From Solirubrobacterales bacterium (GTDB taxonomy: Bacteria; Actinomycetota; Thermoleophilia; Solirubrobacterales; 70-9), in contig JBAQZI010000147.1 in the NCBI GenBank assembly GCA_049790835.1, positions 1-58,127 of the forward strand: a stretch of 58,127 nt of DNA, read 5' to 3'. Positions 6,553-14,420 of this stretch are shown piece after piece. The notes below the pieces were generated by a model, which saw only the letters and a program-made list of their open reading frames with translations, was not told the origin of the DNA and did not search any database. The stretch's first letter is position 1, and each line of letters opens with the position of its first letter. The translations under genes were made by a program, and so were the position numbers.

Positions 6553-9152
6553 CGCTGCTCGATCCAGGTCAGGGTCGCGGGCAGCACCAGCATCACTCCG
6601 GCCAGGGCGACGGCGAGGTCGATGACCGTGACGAAGCCGAAGTCGCGCAGCATCTGGATGTCGCTGGCGATCAGCACCGCGAAGCCGGCGATCGCGGTCG
6701 CCCCGGAGGCGAGCACCGCCGCGCCGGTACGGCCGTAGGCCCGCCGCAGCGCCTCCTCCACCCCGCGCCCGCCGTGACGTTCCTGGTGGAAGCGGCCGGC
6801 GAGGATGACGCCGAACTCGGTCGCGATCGCGATCGTCAACGCCCCCAATGCCGCTGACATCGGGTTGAGCGGGATGCCGGTCAGCCAGATGATCAACGAG
6901 GCCCAGCCAGTCGCCAGCAGGGTCGGCACCAGCGGCACCAGCGCCCGGGCGAGCGAGCGGTAGACGGCGAGCAGCGCCAGGGCTACCGCCAGCAGGCCGG
7001 CAAGCGTCAGCCAGTAGCGGCTGGCGGCGAGATCGGTGGCCGATTCGGCCGCGATCACCGAGAGGCCTGCCAGCCGGACCTCGACTCCCGCCGGCGGCCC
7101 GGTCGGCGAGCCGGGCTCGCCGATCCCGGCGCGGACCCCGTCGATCAGCGCCTGCTGATTCTCCAGCGACTCGGTGCGGATGCCGAAGGAGAGCAGCGCC
7201 TCCTGCCCGACCTCGCCCGTCTCCGGGTCGAGCGGCGCCACCTGCCGCAGCGCGTACGGCGACAGCGCCGCCAGCGTCGCATCGATCTCGGCTCGGGTCA
7301 GCTCGCCGCCGCCGCGGGTGAGGAAATCCGAGAGCGCCGGGCCGGGGCAGACGCCGGCTTCGAGGCAGCTCGGGTTTTCGCCGCTGAAGCCGTTGTCGCG
7401 AAGCACGCGCTGCTTGAACTCGTCCATCCACTCGATCGTCGCCGGATCGGTCAGGTCGGGGGCTTGGACGCTGACGTCGAGCTGGCCGGAGACGCCGGTG
7501 GTGTCCTGGAGGTCGTTTAGGTCTTCGATGGCGGTCAGGTTTTGGGGGGCCAGCGAGCGGATGTCGGCGGCGGTCTCGATCTGGGTGCCTACGCCCCAGC
7601 CGACGATTGCCAGGGCCAGGCTGACTCCCAGTACAAGTTGCGGGCGGGAGATGGCTAGGGACAGGGGGCGTTCCAGCGCGCGGGTCCTGTCACGGGGGGA
7701 AGGGCCTGCGGGCTTCACCCCGTGTGAGCCCCGGGGGGAGGGTCCTGCGGGCGGGGGCTGCGCCTCCGTTCTCGGACCCTCCCCCCGGGTCTTCCAGGCG
7801 CGGAGCCTGCTTCCAGCAGAGCCGACGGGACGCAGGCTCAGGGCTGCGAAGCCGGCGGTGAGGGCCAAGAAGAAAGCGATGGTGAGGCCGATCAGGAGCA
7901 GGAGGCCGAAGCTGCGGACCATCGGGGTTGGGGAGAGCTGGAGGGCGAGGATGCCGGCGGCGGTGGCTAGGAACGCAGCGGCGATGGTGGGGCCGCCGTT
8001 GGTTGCCGCCGCTCGCGCAGCCTCGATGCCCTCGGCTCCCCCGGCGACCGCCTCGTCGAAGCGGGCTTGGAATTGGATCGCGTAGTCGACGGCGAGGCCG
8101 ATCAGGATTGGCAGGACGGCGATCGAGGCCATGGTCAGGGAGCCGCCGAAGAGGGCGAGGAGGCCGAAGACGAGGGCGGCGGCGGCGAGGGCGATGGCCA
8201 GGGGCAGCAGGCGCAGGCGGGAGCGGAAGACCAGGAGCAGGGTCGCGGCCATCACCACCAGGGCGACGGCGAAGAGGATCACGAGGGCGTCCTTCAGGGC
8301 CCGTTCGACCCCGTCGACGACGACAGGAGCGCCGGAGACGACGTAGCTGCCTCCCTGCAGCTCGAAGCAGGGAGCCGGGGCGCCTCGCTCGGCGCAGGCC
8401 TGGCGCGGGGTCGCGTCGTTGACCGCGGCTTCGATCAGGGCGAGAGCACGACGCCGCTCGCCGCTGCTGAGATCCGGCTTGAGCCTGACCAGGATCTGGG
8501 CCGAGTGGCTGTTGGGGAAGAGGTAGGCGAGCCGCGCCTTCGGCGTGCCACGGGCGCGGGCCAGATCGAAGACCACGGTGGCGACGAATTCTTCGTTGTC
8601 GAGGCTGGGGGCGCTGGTGATGCCGTAGCGGGTCGCCACCGAGAGCAGGAATTCGCGGAATCGCGCTGGCGGCACCCGCTGCGCCAGGCGCCGCAGCTGC
8701 GCTTCGATCTGGACCACCGACTCGTTGAGGAAGGTGGCCGGACCGACGAGGAACTCGACCGGGTCGAGCTCGGCCAGTTCCGCGCAGGGGCCGGGAATCG
8801 GCTTCGCTCCCTCGGGCACGTTGCCCGAGAGGCAGCCCTCCAGTCGCAGCAGCCGGAAGACGTCGGTGCTCAGGACCAACTCCTGCAGATCCCCCTTGAC
8901 GAGCACGACCACGGGTTCCTCGCCAAAGGACTCCCGCACCTGCTGGGTCGCCCCGTAGGTCGGGCTGTCGCGATCGACCAGGGTGCCGACGCCGGCATCG
9001 CTGGGGATCCGCGTCGCCCCGATCCCGGCGGCAAGTGCCAGCACGAAGCTGAGCGCCAGCACTACCCGGGCGTGCCCAGCGGCCCACGCCGCAACGCGGC
9101 CGAACCACTTCCCCAGGCTCAACTCAGTCCATCGAGAGCGGGCCGGTGACAT
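6549..9152 (-). CDS. MMPL/RND-superfamily (HAE3/HpnN-like) membrane transporter
   Basis: 867 aa with two TM bundles, each preceded by a large extracytoplasmic domain, and a typical MMPL N-terminus. The start (ATG 9152 or TTG 9122) overlaps or abuts the Mkl stop. Confidence 0.85.
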   Translation of the reverse strand: MSPARSRWTELSLGKWFGRVAAWAAGHARVVLALSFVLALAAGIGATRIPSDAGVGTLVDRDSPTYGATQQVRESFGEEPVVVLVKGDLQELVLSTDVFRLLRLEGCLSGNVPEGAKPIPGPCAELAELDPVEFLVGPATFLNESVVQIEAQLRRLAQRVPPARFREFLLSVATRYGITSAPSLDNEEFVATVVFDLARARGTPKARLAYLFPNSHSAQILVRLKPDLSSGERRRALALIEAAVNDATPRQACAERGAPAPCFELQGGSYVVSGAPVVVDGVERALKDALVILFAVALVVMAATLLLVFRSRLRLLPLAIALAAAALVFGLLALFGGSLTMASIAVLPILIGLAVDYAIQFQARFDEAVAGGAEGIEAARAAATNGGPTIAAAFLATAAGILALQLSPTPMVRSFGLLLLIGLTIAFFLALTAGFAALSLRPVGSAGSRLRAWKTRGEGPRTEAQPPPAGPSPRGSHGVKPAGPSPRDRTRALERPLSLAISRPQLVLGVSLALAIVGWGVGTQIETAADIRSLAPQNLTAIEDLNDLQDTTGVSGQLDVSVQAPDLTDPATIEWMDEFKQRVLRDNGFSGENPSCLEAGVCPGPALSDFLTRGGGELTRAEIDATLAALSPYALRQVAPLDPETGEVGQEALLSFGIRTESLENQQALIDGVRAGIGEPGSPTGPPAGVEVRLAGLSVIAAESATDLAASRYWLTLAGLLAVALALLAVYRSLARALVPLVPTLLATGWASLIIWLTGIPLNPMSAALGALTIAIATEFGVILAGRFHQERHGGRGVEEALRRAYGRTGAAVLASGATAIAGFAVLIASDIQMLRDFGFVTVIDLAVALAGVMLVLPATLTWIEQR
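7730..7789. repeat. 60-nt palindromic element lying in frame in the MMPL inter-domain linker
   Basis: Perfect 16-nt arms CCCGGGGGGAGGGTCC (7730-7745) and GGACCCTCCCCCCGGG (7774-7789). The left arm plus flank is duplicated directly at 7694-7713 (GGGGGGAAGGGCCTGCGGGC versus GGGGGGAGGGTCCTGCGGGC at 7733-7752). Confidence 0.75.
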
Positions 9153-10134
9153 CGGCCCGGAGGAACTGGGACACGAACTGGTTTTCGGAGTCGAACAATT
9201 CTTCTTTCGGCCCCGACTCGACGATCTTCCCGTTCCAGAGCACGGCGAGGAAGTCAGCGATCCGGCGCGCCGTGTTGAGGTCGTGGCTGATCACCAGGTA
9301 GCAGCCGCCGTTCTCAGCGTGGACCTCGCGGATCAGCTCGCAGAGCAGCGCCGTGCGGACCGGGTCGAGGCCGGAATCGGGCTCGTCGAACATCACGATC
9401 GCCGGTTCCAGCACCAGCGCCCGGGCGAAGCCGGCGCGCTTGCGCATGCCGCCGGAGAGCTCGTTCGGCATCTTGTAGGTCGCCTCGGTAAGGCCGACCT
9501 CGCGGAGGCGGCGGTTGACGATCTCGCCGATCTCTTCCTCGCTTTTGTCGGTGTGCTGGCGCAGCGGGAAGCAGGTGTTGTCGTAGATGTTCATCGAGCC
9601 GAAGAGAGCGCCGTCCTGGAACAGCAGGCCGAACTTTTTGCGCACCTCGAAGAGTTCGTCGTCGGTCATGTTCGGGATCGACTCGCCGTGGACCAGGACG
9701 TCGCCGGAATCCGGGTAGAGCAGGCCCACGATGTGCTTGATCAGCACGCTCTTGCCGGTTCCCGAGGGGCCGAGCACCATCGAAACCTGGTCTTCGGGCA
9801 GGCCGAGGTTGAGGCCGTTGAGGATGCGGGCGCGGCCGAACTGTTTGACCAGATCGATGATCTCGATCGCGTCTTCGCCGCCGTGGTCGAGTTTCTTGCC
9901 GGTGTGGAACCGGTAGGGATCGTGCTCACTGGGGTCGACACCCGGGATGACGAAGTCGCGGCCCATGACCGCGCCGTCCTCGCTCACATAAGGACCGCTG
10001 GCCTTGGCGCTCTGGGGATGACCGGGCTCTTCGCCGGCCTGAGCGCCGACCGGCTCGGCCAGCTCGGCGCTGGTCTCGGCCTCCGGCTCGAAGTCGTTGC
10101 CCGCGGTCTCGTTGATGCGCTCTTGCTCGTCCAT
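9124..10134 (-). CDS. ABC transporter ATP-binding protein, MlaF/Mkl (MceG) type
   Basis: Internal ATG 10134 (MDEQERI...). Walker A GPSGTGKS, signature LSGGMRKRAGFARAL and Walker B VMFDEPDSGLDP are present. The long acidic N-terminal extension resembles actinobacterial Mkl. Confidence 0.85.
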   Translation of the reverse strand: MDEQERINETAGNDFEPEAETSAELAEPVGAQAGEEPGHPQSAKASGPYVSEDGAVMGRDFVIPGVDPSEHDPYRFHTGKKLDHGGEDAIEIIDLVKQFGRARILNGLNLGLPEDQVSMVLGPSGTGKSVLIKHIVGLLYPDSGDVLVHGESIPNMTDDELFEVRKKFGLLFQDGALFGSMNIYDNTCFPLRQHTDKSEEEIGEIVNRRLREVGLTEATYKMPNELSGGMRKRAGFARALVLEPAIVMFDEPDSGLDPVRTALLCELIREVHAENGGCYLVISHDLNTARRIADFLAVLWNGKIVESGPKEELFDSENQFVSQFLRADVTGPLSMD

Positions 10135-10142
10135 CGACACTG

Positions 10143-10940
10143 TCAGCCTCCTATTGGCGCCCTCGGGTTGGCCCCCCAGAAGACAAGGGTCCCAAGCATC
10201 CCGATGATGTGGACTAAGACGATGTTGAGGACCATCGACTTGGCGGTCGCGGTCCCCACCCCAACCGGCCCCCCGGAGGCCGTGTAGCCGTAGTAGCAAC
10301 CGACCAGCACGATCGCCGTGGCCATGGTCATGCCCTTGATCAGGCTGAAGATCAGGTCGGGAGGGTTCTGGAACATCCAGAAGATCAGGAAGTAGCCGCC
10401 GGAGGAGACGTCGGCGATCTGTTTGACCACCGCCAGGTAGCTGGCCAGGTACATGATCCCGATCCCGGCCAGGTACATGAAGGGGAAGGTGATCCAGGCG
10501 GCGAGCAGCCGGGTGGCGCAGAGGAAGGTGATCGGCGGCACTCCCATCACCTCGAGCGCGTCGATCTCGTCGGAGATCCGCATCGCCCCGAGCTCGGCGA
10601 CGATCCCGGTCCCAACCTTGGCCGCCAGCATGTAGCCGAAGGCGTAGGGCATGATCTCGCGCAGGTCGCACCAGGCGGCGAAGACGCCCGCGTAGGCGGG
10701 AGCGCCCTGAGCACGCAGCAGGTAGGCCCCCTCGATCCCGCACTGCAGGCCGAGGGTGAAGACCAGGCCCCAGATGATCAGGGCCGAGCCGAGGATCAGG
10801 ATCCCGGCCTGGCGCAGGCTCTCGCCGAAGAAGCGCAGGACCCGTCCCGTGTAGACCTGGCCGGCGACCATCGAGCCGAAGCGGGCGATCTCCCCGAGCG
10901 AGTCGAGCCAGCCGCGCGGAACCGCAAGCCAGGGATTCAT
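10143..10940 (-). CDS. MlaE/YrbE-family ABC permease (YrbEB-like)
   Basis: Internal start MNPWLAV. The motif ELGAMRISDEIDALEVMGV is typical of MlaE/YrbE. ATGA overlap with the upstream gene. Confidence 0.8.
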   Translation of the reverse strand: MNPWLAVPRGWLDSLGEIARFGSMVAGQVYTGRVLRFFGESLRQAGILILGSALIIWGLVFTLGLQCGIEGAYLLRAQGAPAYAGVFAAWCDLREIMPYAFGYMLAAKVGTGIVAELGAMRISDEIDALEVMGVPPITFLCATRLLAAWITFPFMYLAGIGIMYLASYLAVVKQIADVSSGGYFLIFWMFQNPPDLIFSLIKGMTMATAIVLVGCYYGYTASGGPVGVGTATAKSMVLNIVLVHIIGMLGTLVFWGANPRAPIGG

Positions 10941-11743
10941 CGGATCGTCTGCAGCTCTGGGTTGGTGGCGAGCATGGTCTGGGTGAAGACGTAGTTGAAG
11001 GCGAAGACCCCCATGAAGGAGATGACGACGGCCTCGTTGACGGCGCGGCCGACACCGGCGGCGCCACCGGACGCAGTCATCCCTTTGTAGGAGCAGACGA
11101 CCGCGATCAGGGCCCCGAAGAGGGTGCACTTGATCACCGAGCCGGCGAGGTCGGTGATCGAGGCATTGGAGAAGAGGGTGGCGAAGAAGCCGCCGAGCGG
11201 CTGGTTGTAGAGCATCTCGGTGAGGATGCCGCCGCTGATCCCGAAGACCAGGGCGTAGATGTCGAGCAGGCCGGTGATCAGCATCAGCGCCAGGAAGCGC
11301 GGCACGACCAGGTTCTTGATCGGGTCGACGCCGAGCACCTGCAGGGCGTCGAGCTCCTCGCGGATCTTGCGTGCTCCCAGATCGGCAGTGATCGCGGTGC
11401 CGGCGACGCCGGCGACGACGACGGCGGTGACGAAGGGCGCGAACTCACGGATCGAGGCGAGCACGAAGAAGCCGCCGAGCCGGTCCAGCGCCCCGAACAG
11501 CGAGAGGAAGTTGGCCGCCTGCAGGCCGGGCGCGCCGAAGCCGAAGGCGACGGTCGAGACCAGCAGCGGGAACCAGCAGAGCTGCAGGGCGAAGAGGAAC
11601 TGGCCGATGAACTCCTCGCCGTATGGATACGGCGGCTTGACCGCGGACACGAGCGTACGCGCGGTGAGGATCATCATGTCCCCCACCACTTCGAACAGTG
11701 ACTTGGCGGGCAAGAATGCCCTGTTGACCGCGGATCCGACCAT
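10937..11743 (-). CDS. MlaE/YrbE-family ABC permease (YrbEA-like)
   Basis: DLGARKIREELDALQVLGVDP motif. ATG 11743 is preceded by GGAGGAG. The track start at 11821 would add a non-conserved extension. Confidence 0.8.
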   Translation of the reverse strand: MVGSAVNRAFLPAKSLFEVVGDMMILTARTLVSAVKPPYPYGEEFIGQFLFALQLCWFPLLVSTVAFGFGAPGLQAANFLSLFGALDRLGGFFVLASIREFAPFVTAVVVAGVAGTAITADLGARKIREELDALQVLGVDPIKNLVVPRFLALMLITGLLDIYALVFGISGGILTEMLYNQPLGGFFATLFSNASITDLAGSVIKCTLFGALIAVVCSYKGMTASGGAAGVGRAVNEAVVISFMGVFAFNYVFTQTMLATNPELQTIR

Positions 11744-11913
11744 TCGCTCCTCCGACGAGCTGCGCCGCACGCACGCGGCGCCCCACTCGTGATCTGAGTC
11801 TATGGGATGGGTCAGCCCCAACCGTTAGCCAAGTGTTGAGATCCGGCTAACCCACCCCGCGGCCACGAAAAGCGCATGGATGCGGGGAAAGCCCGTGGTA
11901 TGTTCCGGCCGCT

Positions 11914-12603
11914 TTGCGGGGTACCGGCAGACATTCCCGGGGTACCCGCCTTCGAGCCACCGCGACTGGGGTTGCCGCCGTGGCCATGGCGGTGCTGCTG
12001 GCCGCCTGCGGCGGCGACTCCTCCTCGGACGCGAACGAGCCCGCCGGCACCTATGACGTGCGCGTGACCGAGGCCAGCTTCCCGACCGAGCAGCGCCTCG
12101 GCCAGACCTCGCTGATGCGGCTGGCGGTGCGCAACACCGACGACAAGGCGCTGCCGGCGCTGACCGTGACGATCTCGATCGCCGGCAAGGAAGGCCAGAC
12201 CTCATCGCTGCCGTTCGGCATCCGCGACCCCACGGCTGGCCTCGCCCGGCCCGATCGCCCGGTCTGGGTGCTGGCCCAGGGCTACCCGCGCCTGGCCGAC
12301 TCCTCCGACCCGGGCGGGGCCTCGACCTCGAACCAGAAGACCTTCTCCTTCGGCCCGCTGAAACCGGGCGCGACGACCGAAGCCGTCTGGAAGCTGAGCG
12401 CCGTCAAAGCCGGCGAGTTCACCGTCCTCTACCGCATCGACGCCGGCCTCAGTGGCAGCGCCAAGGCCGAGACGAACGGCGTTGCCGCCGGCGGCTCCTT
12501 CGCCACCGAGATCTCCGCCGCGCTTCCCGACACCGAAGTGACCGACGACGGCGAAGTCGTCGAAAAGAAGATGCAACGCCAGCGCGACGAGCCCGGCGCA
12601 TAG
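11914..12603 (+). CDS. hypothetical lipoprotein (beta-rich)
   Basis: Signal peptide with lipobox LLAAC-GG. The exact start is uncertain (TTG 11914). Confidence 0.6.
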   Translation: MRGTGRHSRGTRLRATATGVAAVAMAVLLAACGGDSSSDANEPAGTYDVRVTEASFPTEQRLGQTSLMRLAVRNTDDKALPALTVTISIAGKEGQTSSLPFGIRDPTAGLARPDRPVWVLAQGYPRLADSSDPGGASTSNQKTFSFGPLKPGATTEAVWKLSAVKAGEFTVLYRIDAGLSGSAKAETNGVAAGGSFATEISAALPDTEVTDDGEVVEKKMQRQRDEPGA

Positions 12604-12633
12604 CCGCAACGACTTGCGGGTAGCTCTTCTCGC

Positions 12634-13821
12634 GTGCCACGCCTCATCGCCGCCACCCTGACCGCCGCCCTGCTGGCCCTTGGCCTGCCCGCCTGCGGGT
12701 CCGCCGGCGAGCCCGGGCGAAGCGAGAGGGTCGCTGGCGCCGAGGGCGGAGTGGCCCTGAAGAAGATCGGCCAGTTCGACCAGCCGGTCTACGTCACCGC
12801 GGCGCCGGGGTTCCCGAAGCTGCTGTTCGTGGTCGAGCAGCCCGGCCGGGTGGTGGTGGTGAACGGCGGCAAGCGCCTCCCCCGTCCCTTCCTCGACCTT
12901 CGTGGCGAGGTCGGATACGGCGGCGAGCAGGGGCTGCTCTCGGTCGCCTTCCCCCCGGACTACCGGCAGAGCGGCAGCTTCTACGTCTATTACAACGACA
13001 ACGCCGGCAACATCCGCATCGACGAATTCAAGCGCCGCGGCGCCACCGGGGCGGCGGCCGGCTCGCAGCGGCGGGTGATCGAGATCCCGCACCCGGTCAA
13101 CTCCAATCACAACGGCGGCCAGATGCAGTTCCTCGACGAGCTCCTCTACTTCGGCACCGGCGACGGTGGCTCCGGCGGCGATCCGCCCAACAACGCGCAG
13201 AGCAAAGACGTTCTATTGGGCAAGCTGCTGCGGATCGACCCGCGGCCGTCCGCGGGCCAGCCCTACTCGTCTCCGGCCTCGAACCCCTTCGTCGGCAAGC
13301 CCGGACGCGACGAGATCTACAGCTACGGCCTGCGCAACCCCTTCCGCTTTTCCTTCGACACGGTCAGCGCCCGCCAGCCCCGAATCGCGATCGGCGACGT
13401 TGGACAGAGCCAGTTCGAGGAGATCGACTACACGAGCGTCGCCGCCGCGAGCGGCGCCAACTTCGGCTGGGACGCGCTCGAGGGCTTCGCGCCCTACACC
13501 GACGAGAACAGCGGCACCCCGAACCCCGGCGGCACGATCAAGCCGATCTTCGCCTTTCCCCACAGCCGCGGCGGCAGCTGCTCCGTAACCGGCGGCTACG
13601 TCGTCAGCGACCCCAGCCTGCGCACTCTCTATAAACGCTACGTCTACGCCGACTTCTGCGAGGGCGAGCTGCGCAGCCTCGTCCCGCACCTGAAGCGGGC
13701 CAGCGGCGACCGCAAGCTCGGACTCGCGGTCGCCAGCCCGAGCTCCTTCGGGGAAGACCTCGCCCACCGTCTCTACGTCGCCTCTTTGGAAGGTCCCGTC
13801 TTCCGCCTCGTGCAAAAGTGA
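12634..13821 (+). CDS. PQQ-dependent sugar (glucose/sorbosone) dehydrogenase, lipoprotein
   Basis: GEQGLLSVAFPPDY, HNGGQMQF, FGTGDGG, LLGKLLRIDP and YSYGLRNPFRFSFD are typical of the soluble GDH (GSDH) beta-propeller. Lipobox LPAC. Confidence 0.85.
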   Translation: MPRLIAATLTAALLALGLPACGSAGEPGRSERVAGAEGGVALKKIGQFDQPVYVTAAPGFPKLLFVVEQPGRVVVVNGGKRLPRPFLDLRGEVGYGGEQGLLSVAFPPDYRQSGSFYVYYNDNAGNIRIDEFKRRGATGAAAGSQRRVIEIPHPVNSNHNGGQMQFLDELLYFGTGDGGSGGDPPNNAQSKDVLLGKLLRIDPRPSAGQPYSSPASNPFVGKPGRDEIYSYGLRNPFRFSFDTVSARQPRIAIGDVGQSQFEEIDYTSVAAASGANFGWDALEGFAPYTDENSGTPNPGGTIKPIFAFPHSRGGSCSVTGGYVVSDPSLRTLYKRYVYADFCEGELRSLVPHLKRASGDRKLGLAVASPSSFGEDLAHRLYVASLEGPVFRLVQK

Positions 13822-13880
13822 CACTTTTTTGGCAGTTTGCTCACACCCGACCGCAACGTCTTGTCTACAGTGACATCATC

Positions 13881-14327
13881 ATGGAGGCGATGAGAGAACA
13901 CTGGACCGACGACCGCATGGACGACCTCGTCCAGCGCGTGGACACCGGGTTCGCCCAGGTGGACACCCGCTTTGCCCAGGTGGACGCCCGCTTCGCCGAG
14001 GTCCACGAAGACATCGCCGCGCTGCGCGTCGACAACAAAGAACTGCGGAGCGACATGGCCACACTCGAAGGCGGCCTGCGGAGCGACATGGCCAAGCTCG
14101 AAGGCAACCAGCGGAACGAGATGGCCAGGCTCGACCACGATCTCCGGATCGAGATAAGCCACCTCGCCACTCGCGAGGAACTGTGCGCCGAGATCAAAGC
14201 CGTGCGTTCGGAGATGCGCGAAGGCTTCGACCAAGTCATCGCGATGTTCAATCGCCGGTTCGACACGCTCATCCTCGCCTTGATTGCCGCGATGATCGCT
14301 GCCGTCGTCAGCCTGATCGCCAGCTGA
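13881..14327 (+). CDS. tail-anchored coiled-coil protein with in-frame tandem repeats
   Basis: VDTGFAQ/VDTRFAQ/VDARFAE (3 x 21 nt) and LRSDMATLEGG/LRSDMAKLEGN (2 x 33 nt). C-terminal TM LILALIAAMIAAVVSLIAS. ATG 13881 is preferred to the track start 13818. Confidence 0.6.
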   Translation: MEAMREHWTDDRMDDLVQRVDTGFAQVDTRFAQVDARFAEVHEDIAALRVDNKELRSDMATLEGGLRSDMAKLEGNQRNEMARLDHDLRIEISHLATREELCAEIKAVRSEMREGFDQVIAMFNRRFDTLILALIAAMIAAVVSLIAS

Positions 14328-14420
14328 GCTCGCCCCGCACCCGCGATGATTTCTCGCTCGCGCCGCCCTCGGCCGGGTACAGTTGGCTGACCAGCCAAGG
14401 GTCGACGAAGGGAGCACCCA

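Noticed and set aside
7081-7125. A possible further decayed palindromic insert in the MMPL periplasmic loop (GGCGAGCC-G-GGCTCGCC flanked by CGGCCCGGTCGGCG).
   Set aside because: The arms are short and imperfect, there is no clear length or architecture match to the 51-nt family, and it could be GC-rich coincidence.
9124-11067. Long N-terminal extensions proposed by the ORF track. Examples are 9124..11067, 10143..11129, 5887..7431, 39276..41894, 31273..32580, 55758..57026, 55040..55822, 49124..50209 and 36647..37957.
   Set aside because: The extended parts are Arg-rich junk running through the upstream gene in another frame. Internal ATG/GTG starts coincide with the stop of the upstream gene (ATGA/TGATG coupling), or follow a GGAGG-type RBS, and give canonical protein N-termini.
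13810-13832. An intrinsic terminator at the end of the PQQ dehydrogenase gene (GCAAAAGTGACACTTTTTTGGC).
   Set aside because: The stem would be only 4-6 weak A-T pairs with an implausible loop. The T-tract is notable in this GC-rich DNA but is insufficient evidence.
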